A stretch of DNA of 64,000 nucleotides from Candidatus Omnitrophota bacterium. Lineage in GTDB: Bacteria > Omnitrophota > Omnitrophia > Omnitrophales > Aquincolibacteriaceae. The notes beneath the pieces are model-generated. The model saw only the letters and a program-made list of their open reading frames with translations. It ran no database searches and had not been told where the DNA came from. A program made the position numbers and the translations under genes. Where the stretch lies: positions 2,634-66,633 of the forward strand of contig PLLJ01000011.1 of NCBI GenBank assembly GCA_003140935.1. Direction: 5' to 3'. Shown one piece after another: positions 62,284 to 64,000 of the stretch; position 1 is the first letter of the stretch, and each line of letters starts with the position of its first letter.

Positions 62284-62347
62284 TGAAAGGAAACCTCTGT
62301 AAGTCTTTTAAATATGATGGGTTAGAAATGATTCGAGGCGGAAAATT

Positions 62348-62635
62348 TTATTTCTTCTTCGTATCACAGGACGAGCAATCGCCGGAGCAGGCCGGGGCCG
62401 AGGAAGTATCCTTTTTGGGAACATCCTTCTTGGCCGACTCCTTGTAACCCTTGGAGCGGTAATCGGTCTGATAAAAGCCACTTCCCTTGAAAAGCACCCC
62501 CGCTCCTCCGGAAATTATGCGCCGGACTTTGGCTTTTCCACATTTCGGACATTTCTTGACGGGCTTGTCGTTCATGGACTGGTATTTCTCGAACCGGTGC
62601 TCGCATGCACCGCATTCATACTCATAAGTCGGCAT
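62348..62635 (-). CDS. FmdB-family zinc ribbon protein
   Basis: MPTYEYEC..C ... CPKC ... FKGSGFYQTDY. Confidence 0.92.
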   Translation of the reverse strand: MPTYEYECGACEHRFEKYQSMNDKPVKKCPKCGKAKVRRIISGGAGVLFKGSGFYQTDYRSKGYKESAKKDVPKKDTSSAPACSGDCSSCDTKKK

Positions 62636-62753
62636 AGATTATTTCTCCCTTGGGATCGGTATTTGGAACGAGTTCGATTTTATCACGTGAGACACAAAGA
62701 AAGAACGGGTTAATTTGCGAGTGAGAACCTTTCAAACAATGAAGTCCGTCCGT

Positions 62754-63545
62754 TTAGAAACCGGTGCCGGGTTCGTAGCCGACAAGCGTGGCGACGACTT
62801 CACCGAGAACGGGGACCTTGACCTTCATCACAAGCGGGATGCGGCGCTCGTCCATGCTCATCCATCCATGGACTTTTCCGCGTCGGACAAAAAAACCTTC
62901 GAACAAAATGATCGGTTCGACCTCGACCGCCTGAAAAACACCCACAGGGTCCATCTTCATTTCTTTGATGTCATGCGTAAGGACTTCAAGATCCCAGTTC
63001 TTTTCGTCTGCGTTCACCGGGATCAGAGTCTTGGAATCGGGTTTGAGATCCTGGAGCCGGAGCCAGTAGCAGCACGAGATCTGGTCCTGAACATGCTTGG
63101 GGATGAACATTTCTTTGCGGCTGTTGTCCTTGCGGGAATAAAAGCGGCCGATGTGTTCGTCCTGGTCATATTCCATCAACTCATCCGTCCAGTAGCGGCT
63201 CTCTTTGATCTTTTTTTCATACCGAAGGGAGTGAAAATGCTCGGCGTCCATATAGGTGTGGTGCGTATCCCGGACCTTGTAGATCCAGTCGATCACCGCT
63301 CGCGAGCGAATATTGATCTCGATGTGATAGGCGTCGCGCCCGTTCACCTTAACGAGTTCTTTGACCTGGGACTCCGCTTCCCCCACGACGATTCCGAGAT
63401 AACTGATTTCAAATTTTATTTTTTCCCCGAGGAAGATCTTCTTAACGGGTTTTTCGGAGTAGGGGAAGATCTTTTCCGCTTCCTGAGCAGAGCCTATCGG
63501 AATAAGAAAGATCAACGCTAAGATGAGAAATGCGTATTTTTTCAT
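62754..63545 (-). CDS. DUF3108-like exported protein
   Basis: Signal peptide, GEKIKFEISYLG..VG and W.S.DERRIP; start placed after the repeat (ATG 63545). Confidence 0.75.
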   Translation of the reverse strand: MKKYAFLILALIFLIPIGSAQEAEKIFPYSEKPVKKIFLGEKIKFEISYLGIVVGEAESQVKELVKVNGRDAYHIEINIRSRAVIDWIYKVRDTHHTYMDAEHFHSLRYEKKIKESRYWTDELMEYDQDEHIGRFYSRKDNSRKEMFIPKHVQDQISCCYWLRLQDLKPDSKTLIPVNADEKNWDLEVLTHDIKEMKMDPVGVFQAVEVEPIILFEGFFVRRGKVHGWMSMDERRIPLVMKVKVPVLGEVVATLVGYEPGTGF

Positions 63546-63561
63546 GGGAATCAGTTCCGGA

Positions 63562-63649
63562 TAGCCCCAATACCAATCAATCGAAGCAAAGCTGAGATTG
63601 GGGCAATCCTTGTCAACCATTTTGGAAATAAAATCTTAGACAAGGATAG
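63562..63649 (-). repeat. 88 bp double-hairpin element, copy 4 (diverged)
   Basis: Arms atccttgtc / gacaaggat and gccccaat / attggggc; both ends lie within a 10 bp direct repeat ggatagcccc (63559-68 and 63644-53). Confidence 0.88.
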
Positions 63650-64000
63650 CCCCGTCAAGACCGATCACGACCCTTTTTATGGGAAGACGTGTCCCGGAGA
63701 GCTCGACCGCTTCCTGAACCATGCGAAAAAGACCGGAACAGCACGGCACTTCCATGATCACCACGGTAAGCGAATAAATAGTGTTGTTCTTGAGAAGTTC
63801 CGCGATCTTTTCGACATAACCGCCGGTTTCATCAAGCTTAGGACAAGCGATCACGAGTTTCTTTCCTTTGAGCATATCTTGATGGAAACTCCCGAGCGTA
63901 AAAGCCGTACAATCGGCTGCGATCAAAAGATCGCATTCCTTGAAATAGGGCGCGAGCGGCGAGATCAGATGGAGCTGGATCGGCCATTGACTGAGCTCGG
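63636..64000 (-). CDS. Fe-S cluster-binding protein, C-terminal part (5' end outside the window)
   Basis: ELSQWPIQLHLI...DLLIAADC...IACPKLD...MEVPCCSGL. Confidence 0.8.
   Translation of the reverse strand, partial: ELSQWPIQLHLISPLAPYFKECDLLIAADCTAFTLGSFHQDMLKGKKLVIACPKLDETGGYVEKIAELLKNNTIYSLTVVIMEVPCCSGLFRMVQEAVELSGTRLPIKRVVIGLDGAILV

Overview
64 kb of bacterial chromosome, mostly housekeeping genes and mostly on the minus strand. The organism is Gram-negative and probably anaerobic. Gene order and content suggest Ca. Omnitrophota or another PVC-superphylum lineage; this is inference and was not tested. The window holds the 5' end of era, trxA, nth, greA and a thiC-ispG-mqnE-greA run headed by a fused AhbAB/Lrp-like gene. 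It also holds hldD, a PilT/PilU ATPase, a sensor kinase, thiD and thiSGHF, two ETF/ETF:quinone-oxidoreductase modules with a large acyl-CoA dehydrogenase, mdh and an ABC-F/short-Rho pair. A ~17 kb run covers rfaE1-kdsB-pyrG-kdsA-kdsD-lpxL-lptCA-lptB-hpf-ptsN-yvcK-ptsH-ptsI-pgi/pmi-NTase-metK-ahcY. No rRNA, tRNA, CRISPR array or transposase gene was recognised. The most striking signal is non-coding. An 86-88 bp double-hairpin element occurs four times immediately upstream of genes, plus one decayed copy. It shows compensatory base changes, and one copy carries a nested 75 bp double-hairpin insert flanked by a 4 bp duplication. Several other short palindromic elements occur, some inserted in frame inside proteins. 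Together these suggest an active or recently active family of miniature palindromic mobile elements remodelling 5' UTRs and proteins. All calls were made by eye; no database searches were run.
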